Part shown: in pieces, positions 10,001-18,961 of the stretch
Layout: each line of letters opens with the position of its first letter
Numbering within the stretch: the first letter of the stretch is position 1
From: an uncultured virus (IMG/VR IMGVR_UViG_3300024503_000494)
Lineage: Duplodnaviria; Heunggongvirae; Uroviricota; Caudoviricetes
DNA: 64,000 nucleotides
Reading direction: 5' to 3' (one strand)
IMG/VR virus record: IMGVR_UViG_3300024503_000494
Span: 1-64,000 of that record
Made by a program: the position numbers and the translations under genes
The notes under the pieces: generated by a model
What the model was told of the DNA's origin: nothing
The model's input: the letters and a program-made list of their open reading frames with translations, nothing else
Databases searched by the model: none

Positions 10001-13000
10001 ACAACACTACCAAGTTCCGGAACTTGGCAGAGTATAACATTCTCTAATGGTGTGTTTGTTGCACACGTATCAGGAGGAACTGCTACAGCTTATTCTCTAG
10101 ATGGACAAACTTGGGTCGCCGGTGGAGCACTTCCATCGTCTACCACTTGGTCAAAGATTGCTGCTGGACTCATTGGTTCATCAACATATTTTGTTGTTGT
10201 TGCCACTGGCGGAACAGCAGCAGCATATTCTGCAGACAATGGAATAAGCTGGACGGCTACAGGAGCATTGCCAAGTTCTGGTACTTGGAATACCTTAGCC
10301 TATGGTTACAATCGATTCCTTGCTGTGGCAAGCGGTGGCACAGCAGCAGCATACTCGACTAATGGTACTTCTTGGACTTCTGTAACATTACCAGCTACTG
10401 CAACCTGGACCAATATGGTCTTCGGTGACGATAACTTTGTTCTCCAGGCTTCTGGATCTACAACGATTCTTACTTCATTCACAGGCGAAACTGGATCGTG
10501 GACATCTAGAACAGCATCGGCCTCAGCAACCTGGGCAGGAATGGCATATCTGTCTTACCAAGGTTTAGGAATATTTGTTTCAACAGCCAACGGAACAACG
10601 GCTCAGAGTATTGTGTTAACTTCAGCAAACCATCAAATTGCCACAGGACCTCACGTTATTGTTTCTGTTCCAACACCAACTTCTGTAAGACTACCAGCAA
10701 GAACTACAGGAACGATTGATACTTCGTCTGTTCCTTTGGCAGGTGTTGTATATGCAAGACCTGATGCATATTTTACTCATAGACCATTTGACGGCGGCGT
10801 TCAGCTAGGTACTGGTAATCCAAGTCACGGTGCACAGGCAATTCGTCAAAGTAAAAAATACATTCGTTACCAATCTGGTAAAGGCATTATGTACACCACC
10901 GGCGGCCTATTTGCTCCAAGTTATAACTTATCAAGTGCAACTGCCGACGGTACTACAGAAAATAGTTTAATTACATTTACCTGCGATGATACAGATCATG
11001 GATTACAAGCAGGCGCAGAAATTGAAATTATTGGAATGGTATCTTTTGAATACAATGGCGATTATATTGTAGAAAGTATCATTGATGCAAGAAGATTCCG
11101 TGTTCGAGCAGGTGCCGTACTAAGTTCTACAACAGGATCACTAGGCCCAGAAGCCAAGGTTATTATGAAACGCTGGCACGGCAGTACTGTTAGAATTGGT
11201 GCATTTGATGAGCAGAATGGACTATTTTATCAATACGATGGTCGAGAAATGGCAGTTGTACGTAGATCAAGTACTAATCAATTAACAGGAACTGTAGGGA
11301 TTAGTGTAGACAGTAACTTAATAACTGGAACCGGTACTAGATTCCAGGATCAGTTAAAAGTTGGGGATAAAGTTGTATTGAGGGGTATGAGTCATATTGT
11401 TACATCTATCGCTAGCCAAACTTCTATGACTGTATCACCAGATTGGCGAGGCGCCACAACTATAACTGGTGCAAAATTATGCGTGACGCAAGATTTATAT
11501 ATTCCTCAAAGTGAATGGAATATAGATCGATTAGACGGAACAGGTCCTAGCGGATATAACATTTTACCTTGGCGTATGCAGATGTTAGGTATGCAATACT
11601 CTTGGTATGCTGCTGGTTTTGCTGAATTTATGCTTAGAGGATCAGATGGTAAATTTATATTTTTACACAGAATGAGAAACTCTAACGTAAACACAGAAGC
11701 ATATATGCGTACTGCTAACTTGCCTGTGCGTTACGAAGTTGAAAATAGATCAGCGGTTAATAAATTAGCTGCCGCTATAACATCAACTGCTCAGACAATA
11801 CCTCTAACTGATGCCAGCAGATTTCCTAATTCTGGAACAATCTATATCGACAATGAAGTAATTTCATATTCTGGTAAAAGTGGTAATTCATTGGTTGGCT
11901 GTACCAGAGCTGCTTCGTTCTTAACATTTATTGCAGGTGTAAACAGAACAATGAGTGGCGGGCCAAATCAGGCACACCCAGCCAATTCCGGTGTTCAGTT
12001 AATTAGTTGCACAACAACACCAACTATTAGTCACTGGGGTTCTGCTCTGTTAACCGACGGTATGTTTGACAGTGATCGAGGCTATATCTTTAACTATGCA
12101 GCAACTGGTCTGAGTATTTCTACAGCCAAACAGACTGCATTTGCTATTAGACTAGCACCATCGGTATCAAATGCTATTGTAGGAGACCTTGGAGAAAGAG
12201 ACCTTCTAAATAGAGCACAATTATTATTAAATCAGATTGCTATTACTGCCGACTCAGGATCTGGAGCTATTGTTGTTGAAGGAGTATTAAATCCTAAAAA
12301 TTATCCTACAGATCCTGCTAAGATTACCTGGACTGGACTATCATCAGGTGCATCTGGCGGACAACCAAGTTTTGCACAAATTGCACTTGGTGGTTCTATT
12401 AATTGGGGAGGTGTTGCACCGTATACAACTACCGCTACTGTTCAAGGAGCATTGACTACAACAGTCGCTGCTAGAAGTTTTTCAACTGTACAAAACACTA
12501 TTGCTGCTATTGCTCAACCAACTGGTCTAACAGGGCAGACTTCTGGTATAGCTCTAAGCATCAGCAGAACAGATTTTTATATTACCAATACACAATATGA
12601 TACATTATTAACAACTACACCGTTAAGGGTTGGTGATACATTAGCAGCAGCACCTAATTTTATCACTGGCGGACAATCAATAACTTCTATTACAAGAGCA
12701 TATTTAGGTTCTGCATATACTCGAATTATAATGAGTGCCCCTGCTAATAATTCAAGTACACTTAATACTAATGTAAACGTTACAGTTACTAGCAGCATTT
12801 CTACAGCCTACGCCAGTGCAGTTTCAACAACAAGAAATGATTTCTTAATAACTAACGCAGATTACGATGTATCTTATATGCAGTCGAGTGATATATTAAG
12901 TGCAAGTACTTACGTTACAGTAAATCAAACTATATCATCTATTACTAGATCATACGCTACAGTTAGCGGAGTGTCTTATACTAGAATTGTTATGAGTTCA

Positions 13001-13531
13001 AACGGAAATTCTATTAGCCCAGCAGGAACTGGTAATAACGTTACAATAACTATTACCGCAGCTGGTTCGGCAGCTTCGTATGCAGGCACCAACTATTTGT
13101 TCTTTACAAGTCCATCCTGGAACGCATCGAGCGGAACAGTTGGTACTCGTGTAGCAACTAGTTTTACACAATTTCCAGCAGGTACTTCTGTATCAGCTGT
13201 GTCCCCAAGACGATTAGGTTCAACTACTATACAGCGTGTTACTTTTACTCAAACTTCTAGTGCAACTATTAGTGCAGCAGGTACGGTTACATTCCAGTTT
13301 GGTGATCCACAGTATGCTATTCCCGGAGAGCAGGTATTTTCATTCTTGTGTCAACCTGGTAGTTTAAATGCACTAGACTTATCAGAACTTAAAGAACTGA
13401 CAACAACCGCGGTTGGTGGAAGAGGAGCTTTCCCAAATGGACCCGACGTATTGGCCATTAACATTTATAAGACCACAGGTACAGCAGTACCTGGCGGTAT
13501 TATTTTACGTTGGGGAGAGGCGCAGGCATAA
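7076..13531 (+). CDS. Giant (2151 aa) S/T/G-rich virion/tail-fibre protein
   Basis: KCTRDVGY..DLRYGGN repeat, DADFEYGLQPTKW, RYQSGKG lectin-like block, AYSxDGxTW propeller-like repeats. Confidence 0.75.
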   Translation: MAKKQIKQYVFEPGVGKDDNLFPNAVALLTANKAFLQAQVVAFINDQIANDVAPYVDYTYASAKCTRDVGYFLDAIIHDLRYGGNVKCRQVADYFWIDGEPQIRGDVSPEITGQAYLRDVINNFIFTNLTVTPSYGNGLTQTKYVGSNAESGAAARNTSLWSVFSTVISDGIPSMPAKLPGVSSIRLLGKYEPNEILLITNTDTGEILYNFADPGNTITCTFKQGRSSGDGQLLSDVDFKTWWMITDTITTIELSVDTSQTSSSASLQIFVEEPSQQIRPWEFGTDAIERMRVAAPQAMLDADFEYGLQPTKWQALGLIRGYPSVYEIPGTDLSVVAITTDASSNTGYFGSSLITVTTSGTHGFTVGQPITVKGTNPSVNGFGRAEGSFLIYSIPSSVSFTYYSSAKVGTVNGESLYTSFIQIRQAGFYTGASIGQPTFSVYSNGNNLTVISKFNTPASSTQIAFDGTSPTIGSPISGSPYISQGTSVAGVVGSGTIVATIKDTTAADDINFTVTNPVGIQQGMAISNAGDSVFVTSLDGSLINLNGTVGAVLVGANAVITNQTGSNVAQVGTSATFDVSRSAGTYLIVTVNNAGSGYAIGDRLLISGSSLGGDSTNDITIVVDTLTGDAIATFSFSGTAISGGATYTSVLQSTTTGAGTGARITVVRTGGTGAYNITLADGGASFAPGDTVTWAGTSFGGASPANDITLQVDGVTAGAIVDYTISGSPVGDSGDAAYTGISSSNIAVIGSGAVFDVTRTDGVYSATIVSGSEGTDYAIGNRIIIAGNNLDGITPDNDCTLLVTGISSGAITTVTASGTPFAGDTISIYPTLTVSEPITGEITDGTSLNVGAIATIQIDFTSNHGLVPGTTVLTSISSQPAPGFAATARSLPTSLTGWNSVAGLNGRFVAVGGAGTASAYSIDGQTWLAGGTLPTSTTWVGIAAGTIGSVDYFLAIGNSGTTSAYSTNGGGTWTSTTLPSSGTWQSITFSNGVFVAHVSGGTATAYSLDGQTWVAGGALPSSTTWSKIAAGLIGSSTYFVVVATGGTAAAYSADNGISWTATGALPSSGTWNTLAYGYNRFLAVASGGTAAAYSTNGTSWTSVTLPATATWTNMVFGDDNFVLQASGSTTILTSFTGETGSWTSRTASASATWAGMAYLSYQGLGIFVSTANGTTAQSIVLTSANHQIATGPHVIVSVPTPTSVRLPARTTGTIDTSSVPLAGVVYARPDAYFTHRPFDGGVQLGTGNPSHGAQAIRQSKKYIRYQSGKGIMYTTGGLFAPSYNLSSATADGTTENSLITFTCDDTDHGLQAGAEIEIIGMVSFEYNGDYIVESIIDARRFRVRAGAVLSSTTGSLGPEAKVIMKRWHGSTVRIGAFDEQNGLFYQYDGREMAVVRRSSTNQLTGTVGISVDSNLITGTGTRFQDQLKVGDKVVLRGMSHIVTSIASQTSMTVSPDWRGATTITGAKLCVTQDLYIPQSEWNIDRLDGTGPSGYNILPWRMQMLGMQYSWYAAGFAEFMLRGSDGKFIFLHRMRNSNVNTEAYMRTANLPVRYEVENRSAVNKLAAAITSTAQTIPLTDASRFPNSGTIYIDNEVISYSGKSGNSLVGCTRAASFLTFIAGVNRTMSGGPNQAHPANSGVQLISCTTTPTISHWGSALLTDGMFDSDRGYIFNYAATGLSISTAKQTAFAIRLAPSVSNAIVGDLGERDLLNRAQLLLNQIAITADSGSGAIVVEGVLNPKNYPTDPAKITWTGLSSGASGGQPSFAQIALGGSINWGGVAPYTTTATVQGALTTTVAARSFSTVQNTIAAIAQPTGLTGQTSGIALSISRTDFYITNTQYDTLLTTTPLRVGDTLAAAPNFITGGQSITSITRAYLGSAYTRIIMSAPANNSSTLNTNVNVTVTSSISTAYASAVSTTRNDFLITNADYDVSYMQSSDILSASTYVTVNQTISSITRSYATVSGVSYTRIVMSSNGNSISPAGTGNNVTITITAAGSAASYAGTNYLFFTSPSWNASSGTVGTRVATSFTQFPAGTSVSAVSPRRLGSTTIQRVTFTQTSSATISAAGTVTFQFGDPQYAIPGEQVFSFLCQPGSLNALDLSELKELTTTAVGGRGAFPNGPDVLAINIYKTTGTAVPGGIILRWGEAQA

Positions 13532-13805
13532 CGTTATTAGATCTATTCCAAGCGTCAATTTTAAAATCCAATGATTTTTTAATTGACGCTATGTTAGATC
13601 TAATTTCGCTGATCTCTGTTGGGATTCTTCCAGAAATTATCAGCTGTTCGTGATTTCGGTCTATGTGACCTACCTGCTCTTTAAGACGTTTAAGCAACTT
13701 ACTCAATTCTTCTTTGAGCGGTTCGTTGGTTATTCTATCAATAGAGTCTTGATATTTTTTAAAATCTTCTAAAATTCTTTTATCAGTTCGTAATGTTGGA
13801 AGCAT
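13500..13805 (-). CDS. Hypothetical coiled-coil protein
   Basis: 101 aa, coupled to the upstream minus-strand genes. Confidence 0.6.
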   Translation of the reverse strand: MLPTLRTDKRILEDFKKYQDSIDRITNEPLKEELSKLLKRLKEQVGHIDRNHEQLIISGRIPTEISEIRSNIASIKKSLDFKIDAWNRSNNVMPAPLPNVK

Positions 13806-14175
13806 TTTCTATCACCATTATAGTTTCAATTTTCGCTCGTATTAGTCCATTATTTAATGTAGTTTTTAAACCGGTGTGTAAATTTTTTGGAAGATTATCT
13901 ATGTTGGACCAGCATATTGTTTCTTCATTGGATCCAAAAAATTCTGTTTCTACAACACAGACATAGGTACCGTATTCGAAGCCTTTATCCTCGCTGAGAT
14001 AAAGTTCTATAGGAAGTACTCGACCTTCGCTATACCTGTTTAATAATGGATTGGCATCAGCTAAAAGAGGACCTGTTCGCAAAAATGTTGGAACAGTCCA
14101 TTTTGAGTCTTCCAATAATAGAAATATTCTACCTGTTATTTTTGATAGAAAAAGTAATCCGGCACGCTGTTGCAT
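13783..14175 (-). CDS. Degenerate Nudix-fold protein
   Basis: AGLLF..GRIFLLL..W, PIELYLSED..FEY.TY, LPKNLHTGL resemble phage Nudix proteins but the Nudix box is absent; TAAGTA-N5-ATG fixes start. Confidence 0.45.
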   Translation of the reverse strand: MQQRAGLLFLSKITGRIFLLLEDSKWTVPTFLRTGPLLADANPLLNRYSEGRVLPIELYLSEDKGFEYGTYVCVVETEFFGSNEETICWSNIDNLPKNLHTGLKTTLNNGLIRAKIETIMVIENASNITN

Positions 14176-14186
14176 ACCTTTACTTA

Positions 14187-15686
14187 TCAAGAGATAAGTT
14201 TGAAGTTCCAGTCTCCTGGCCCGTATTCACCTTCAAATGCTTTGAGCCATTGTACTCCGTCCCACTTATACTTAACGCCGGTTCGAATATTTTGAATATA
14301 GAAATTTTCAGATGCTAGATCTGGATCCCAAATTGTTGTCCAAGTTTCTCCATCCCATTCTATTACAGAATTAGCCTTAACTACTGGATCAGAACCGTGA
14401 ACATCTTTCCATCCATCTGGGCCGTCATACGGGTCTTTAGAACTATCAGACCCTTCGTACAATCTATTAAAGTCTCCTCTATTGGTACTGTTATTAATAT
14501 CGTCTAACATCAAATATCTAATACCAAGAGGAATATTTTCTAAAGATCCAAAAACTTCTAACGGATTAAATTTGTAAGGATCAATAATAGCATCTACAGT
14601 TCCTCTGGTTTCTCCTCCAGGAATTGAACTTGCTATATCATCATTGCTAGGATATGTATCTTGATCTAGTGTTACTGTTAAGATTGTAGGATCTAAAGGA
14701 TTAATAACAAATGTGCCTAGAATTTCTGATCCATCAGGCTTTTTAAACCAAATATCACTGCCTGGAATGTATCCGCCCTGAACTTCTAAAATTTTAGCCC
14801 ACTCTAAAGGCGCACCATTAGCATATTCTTTTTGATCCAATCCTAATGCCAGTACAGCGTGTGTAGGATTAACTAGAGTTAGGTCGTACTGATGATCATT
14901 TAAGTTACCTGTATTAGATTTAAACAATAATACTCTATATCTATTAGTAGTAGTACCAAATGCTCCAATTCTTTGATTGTATATTAAATCATCTAAGTTA
15001 ATAATATCGCCACTGTCCATAAACACATTAGATATGACACTCTGCACAATGCCTAGTTTCTTAACCTTAGCAGGAGGAGTTAACCATATAGGCATTTCAA
15101 ATTCTAATGATGAAATATCAATTTCACTTTCGGCTCCTGCTGGAATAGATCGTGAAGTCCAAGTAGGAGTTGTAAGATATAACGCACTTAAACTAGTCCA
15201 ATCAATATAGTTGTCGGTGGTTTGTAATTCAAGGGACGGATTAAACAAAACCAGTATTTGTTCTAACAATTGCAATTTTTGATCAGTACTCGAAGTCCAT
15301 ATATCTGCTTTCATTGTTAATTTAAATGGTGTAGGCATTAGACGTTCTACTGTATAATTACCGCCTTGTGTATTTTGATATTCTCTAGTCCCACCTGCAT
15401 CTGTAAATCTTCGTTCTCTAATATGAACTTTACTAACAAACGTAGGGTCAGATAACCTTGTAGTATCCATTTCTAACCCTGTAATATAACAGGCAATCTT
15501 TGGAACTGAAGGCATTTTGTTTTCGCTATTTTCTTTAATTATATTTGCTACTTGTCTACTCATATCCCCGTACATTACAGGTACAGTTTGTTGAGTTCCA
15601 TCGCCAGCTTGCCATTTAAATCCAATAAACACACGCATAAACTGTGTTACATAGCGTCTTATTTGCCCGTCGTAAAAGTAATCCAT
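14187..15686 (-). CDS. gp15: Tail sheath stabiliser/terminator, T4 gp15-like, with C-terminal extension
   Basis: YFYDGQIRRY, VPVMYG, MPTPFKL, QLLEQILVLFNP. Confidence 0.8.
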   Translation of the reverse strand: MDYFYDGQIRRYVTQFMRVFIGFKWQAGDGTQQTVPVMYGDMSRQVANIIKENSENKMPSVPKIACYITGLEMDTTRLSDPTFVSKVHIRERRFTDAGGTREYQNTQGGNYTVERLMPTPFKLTMKADIWTSSTDQKLQLLEQILVLFNPSLELQTTDNYIDWTSLSALYLTTPTWTSRSIPAGAESEIDISSLEFEMPIWLTPPAKVKKLGIVQSVISNVFMDSGDIINLDDLIYNQRIGAFGTTTNRYRVLLFKSNTGNLNDHQYDLTLVNPTHAVLALGLDQKEYANGAPLEWAKILEVQGGYIPGSDIWFKKPDGSEILGTFVINPLDPTILTVTLDQDTYPSNDDIASSIPGGETRGTVDAIIDPYKFNPLEVFGSLENIPLGIRYLMLDDINNSTNRGDFNRLYEGSDSSKDPYDGPDGWKDVHGSDPVVKANSVIEWDGETWTTIWDPDLASENFYIQNIRTGVKYKWDGVQWLKAFEGEYGPGDWNFKLIS

Positions 15687-17080
15687 TATTCGTCCGCCTG
15701 TGGTCTAAGAGCCTTAGATAGGCTTTGTTTCTGTTTGATTGTATGTCCATCAATATTTGCAACTGATGTATTGTTAATAAACGATGTTTTTTGTGTTTGT
15801 CTAACATCCTTACCTTCAAACAATGCACTGGTAACAACATCACTAGCACCTAGGTTATCCATAGTCATACGAACGTTGTCTTCAAATTTCATCCAGCGTG
15901 TTCCGTTAAATCTAAACAATCTGTTAGGAAGATAATCTGTTCTAAGATGAAACTGACCTTCAACTGGATTGTACGGGAAAGAATAGCCTACAGAGACTGG
16001 AGCACCATTAGGTGCTATACCATCTTTAGTTAGATATCCTACATAACCTTTTCCATCTACAGACGGATAAGTTGAAGCAGCGTTAACGGCAGATACTTCA
16101 TTGCCCTCAGCGTCTAATATAGGATTTCCATTTTTATCCGTTACAATATCAGTGTCGGCAGAATATTGATTAATTTGATCAGAGTCTACTGTAATCAAAG
16201 AAGCAGTACCGTCGTCCGATCTTTGAAGAGTCCAAAATTTAGAAGTGTCGTACCCACTTTTTGGAGCATCGGCTTCAGCTTGATTAAGGATAGCTTGAGT
16301 AATCTCCATTTCTTTATTGTATGTACTCATTAAATCTCTTAACGTACCTGCTATTTGATAATATTCAGTATTAGGAGGATCAATACCAGTAACTTCTTTT
16401 ATTACTTCATACTTTACACCGTCCGGGCCAGTAATAATATCTCCAGGATAATAAGTAATCGATGAATTGTAATTACCTTTATCAGCGTCGCTGTTGGCTA
16501 TTCCGTCAAGGATCTGTTTATATTCTTGACTATTAACTAGTGGTTTACATTTTGCACGATATAAATGGGGATACCAAGTTACTGAAAATCCTTCTGCTGC
16601 GCGATTAACTTCTTCAACAACATAAAATCTTTTCAATGCAAAACTTAGATCATTAAGAGCATATTCATCTTTTAAATGAGGCAGCTCTATAACATCTCCT
16701 GCAATAATTTTTCTGCCAAGTTTTTCTACTGTATCGTTGATATGAAATGTAATAAAAATTGTATCGTTTTGCAAGAAGAGCCCGAATTGACTTAGATTAA
16801 AGTCAATGTCTTGCATATTATAAACACCTCGCAATACATAAACATCTGGGTCATATTTTCGATCGCGATTTTCTAAAAATAACATATCCTGTATTTGAAA
16901 AGGATTATCAGAGTCGTAAGCAGGAGTGCTAGGAGTGTTTCCTTGGACAGAAATATCTGGTCCTAGGTACCTGTGTACACATACATCTGTACCCCCAACC
17001 TGGAACATTTCCCATACGGTTTTATCGATGAATTTATAGTCGTTGCCCTTTTGCGGGCGATATAACGAAAGTCTTGGCAT
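15686..17080 (-). CDS. gp14: Neck/head-closure protein, T4 gp14-like
   Basis: LSQFGLFLQND, GDVIELPH, FYVVEEV; adjacent to gp13 and gp15; start MPRLSL. Confidence 0.65.
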   Translation of the reverse strand: MPRLSLYRPQKGNDYKFIDKTVWEMFQVGGTDVCVHRYLGPDISVQGNTPSTPAYDSDNPFQIQDMLFLENRDRKYDPDVYVLRGVYNMQDIDFNLSQFGLFLQNDTIFITFHINDTVEKLGRKIIAGDVIELPHLKDEYALNDLSFALKRFYVVEEVNRAAEGFSVTWYPHLYRAKCKPLVNSQEYKQILDGIANSDADKGNYNSSITYYPGDIITGPDGVKYEVIKEVTGIDPPNTEYYQIAGTLRDLMSTYNKEMEITQAILNQAEADAPKSGYDTSKFWTLQRSDDGTASLITVDSDQINQYSADTDIVTDKNGNPILDAEGNEVSAVNAASTYPSVDGKGYVGYLTKDGIAPNGAPVSVGYSFPYNPVEGQFHLRTDYLPNRLFRFNGTRWMKFEDNVRMTMDNLGASDVVTSALFEGKDVRQTQKTSFINNTSVANIDGHTIKQKQSLSKALRPQADE

Positions 17081-17087
17081 AGTCATA

Positions 17088-17108
17088 TATTTACCGCTAC
17101 GATAAATA
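17088..17108. promoter_or_regulatory. Back-to-back late-type TAAATA promoters
   Basis: TATTTA 17088-17093 (minus) and TAAATA 17103-17108 (plus) in a 33-nt gap. Confidence 0.7.
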
Positions 17109-17113
17109 GTATT

Positions 17114-17872
17114 ATGAGTACAAACGACGAATCCCGCCAAAGCGTTTATAATTATTGCCGCACTATGCTAGGTGACGGTATGATTGATGTTGAGTTAGAT
17201 CCAACTCACTACGAAACAGCTCTAAATAGAGCCCTTGCAGTTTTTAGGCAAAGAAGCGATAATGCTGTAGAGGAATCTTACGTGTTTTTAACACTGGTAC
17301 AAGATCAAAACGAATATATTTTACCAAAAGAAATACAACAAGTCCGTCAAATTTTTAGACGAAGTGTTGGATCAAGGACTGGTAACGGCACGGGCGGAAC
17401 AGTTTTTGAACCATTCAATTTAGCATACACAAACACATATTTGTTAAGCTCTACAAATATGGGAGGATTGCTAACATATGAATTATTTGCACAGTATCAA
17501 GAATTAGTTGGTAAAATGTTTGGTAGTTTTATTAACTTTACTTGGCATCCACAGAGTCACAAACTCATTATTCAGCAAAGACCACGAGGCGAAGAAAGTG
17601 TAATGCTTATGGTTTATAACAGTAAACCTGACTTTGCTATTATCGACGATATCTATTCAGGACAATGGGTTAAGGATTATGCACTGGCAAACTGCAAGAT
17701 GATGCTAGGTCAAGCCCGCGAGAAGTTTGCTCAAATCGCAGGCCCACAGGGCGGTTCTAGCCTAAACGGCGCAGCACTTAAAACTGAAGCTCAAGCCGAA
17801 ATGGACAAGCTCATTGATGATTTGATGAAACTTGTACCAGGCGGTATGGGCTATGGTTGGATTATAGGTTGA
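17114..17872 (+). CDS. gp13: Neck protein, T4 gp13-like
   Basis: LGDGMIDVELD, WVKDYALANCKMMLG, KF..GPQGG..LNG. Confidence 0.85.
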   Translation: MSTNDESRQSVYNYCRTMLGDGMIDVELDPTHYETALNRALAVFRQRSDNAVEESYVFLTLVQDQNEYILPKEIQQVRQIFRRSVGSRTGNGTGGTVFEPFNLAYTNTYLLSSTNMGGLLTYELFAQYQELVGKMFGSFINFTWHPQSHKLIIQQRPRGEESVMLMVYNSKPDFAIIDDIYSGQWVKDYALANCKMMLGQAREKFAQIAGPQGGSSLNGAALKTEAQAEMDKLIDDLMKLVPGGMGYGWIIG

Positions 17873-17897
17873 CCTTAATATTTTAGTATAGTATAAT
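17869..17897 (+). promoter_or_regulatory. Sigma70-type promoter
   Basis: TTGACC-N17-TATAAT, then GGAGG RBS. Confidence 0.8.
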
Positions 17898-17917
17898 AGT
17901 CTTAATTGGAGGCTATT

Positions 17918-18604
17918 ATGATTATAGGTATTTGTGGGTTTATCGGGTCAGGCAAGGATACAATTGCTGACTATCTAGTTAATTTTCACGAGTTTAGAAG
18001 AGAGTCTTTTGCTAATACACTAAAAGACGCAGTAAGTTCTGTGTTTGGCTGGGACAGGACGATGCTAGAAGGGCGAACTAAAGAAGCCCGGGAGTGGCGC
18101 GAACAAGTCGATCCGTGGTGGGCAGAACGTTTAGATATGCCCACGCTCACACCTCGTTGGGTTCTACAGTATTGGGGCACAGAAGTATGCCGCAAAGGCT
18201 TCCACGATGACATTTGGATTGCTAGCCTAGAAAATAAACTTCGTAATTCCAAAGACAATGTTGTTATTTCAGATTGCCGGTTTCCTAATGAAATTGAAAG
18301 CATCCGTAAAGCTGGTGGACAGATTGTATGGGTACAGCGAGGAGAGTTACCGGATTGGTACGATGTAGCAGTGGCCGCAAATCAAGGACATAATTGGGCT
18401 GTTCAAGAATTAAAGATGCGAAAAATTCACGCTAGTGAAACTGCTTGGGTAGGAACTGAATTTGATCACGTCGTAGATAATAACAGCACTATCGATAATC
18501 TGTATCAACAGGCAAGATCAATAGTCAGCGACCAAGTCCCCTTGACGCCAAGTGATGCCCTCCTTGTGAAGCACCTGAGCACAATTGGCACAGATTGTTT
18601 TTAA
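17918..18604 (+). CDS. Deoxynucleoside monophosphate kinase (T4 gp1-like)
   Basis: GFIGSGKDT P-loop, TPRWVLQYWGTE, ISDCRFPNE. Confidence 0.9.
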   Translation: MIIGICGFIGSGKDTIADYLVNFHEFRRESFANTLKDAVSSVFGWDRTMLEGRTKEAREWREQVDPWWAERLDMPTLTPRWVLQYWGTEVCRKGFHDDIWIASLENKLRNSKDNVVISDCRFPNEIESIRKAGGQIVWVQRGELPDWYDVAVAANQGHNWAVQELKMRKIHASETAWVGTEFDHVVDNNSTIDNLYQQARSIVSDQVPLTPSDALLVKHLSTIGTDCF

Positions 18605-18856
18605 GTTACTAGGGCGGCAGTTGTCTAAATTGCCGTCTATGTGAAATACCCTAAATACCTCCATGTGCGGGCTACGATGTCCGCACTTTTCACATTGTGA
18701 CTTTATTTTATAACCAGAACGTTTCCAACGTGGTATATGTGCCTTAGGTCCGTGAGCTAGACACGCTTCGCAGAGCGTTCTATAATAAGGTTTTTTACCT
18801 TTATAATAATTTAATGCTCTAGGCCGTTCATTACAGGCCTTACAAAGTGGTCTCAT
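18518..18856 (-). CDS. HNH endonuclease-like Zn-binding protein
   Basis: CxxC pairs; HIDGNLDN...NLKTICANC. Confidence 0.75.
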   Translation of the reverse strand: MRPLCKACNERPRALNYYKGKKPYYRTLCEACLAHGPKAHIPRWKRSGYKIKSQCEKCGHRSPHMEVFRVFHIDGNLDNCRPSNLKTICANCAQVLHKEGITWRQGDLVADY

Positions 18857-18961
18857 ATCAATATTTACACCTTTTCTTCCCCTTTTTCAGGTTGTATAAC
18901 TACCCATTTTTATAATAGTACGCTAAATATTATGAGCAACTATTACCAGGAGAAATAGGGA

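Noticed and set aside
7354..12798. Antisense and alternate-frame ORFs inside the giant protein (likewise inside sheath, terminase, helicases)
   Set aside because: Shadow ORFs of biased codon usage, with no RBS or motifs
18518..18856. HNH gene as a mobile homing endonuclease
   Set aside because: No intron context; has its own late promoter and looks like a resident gene
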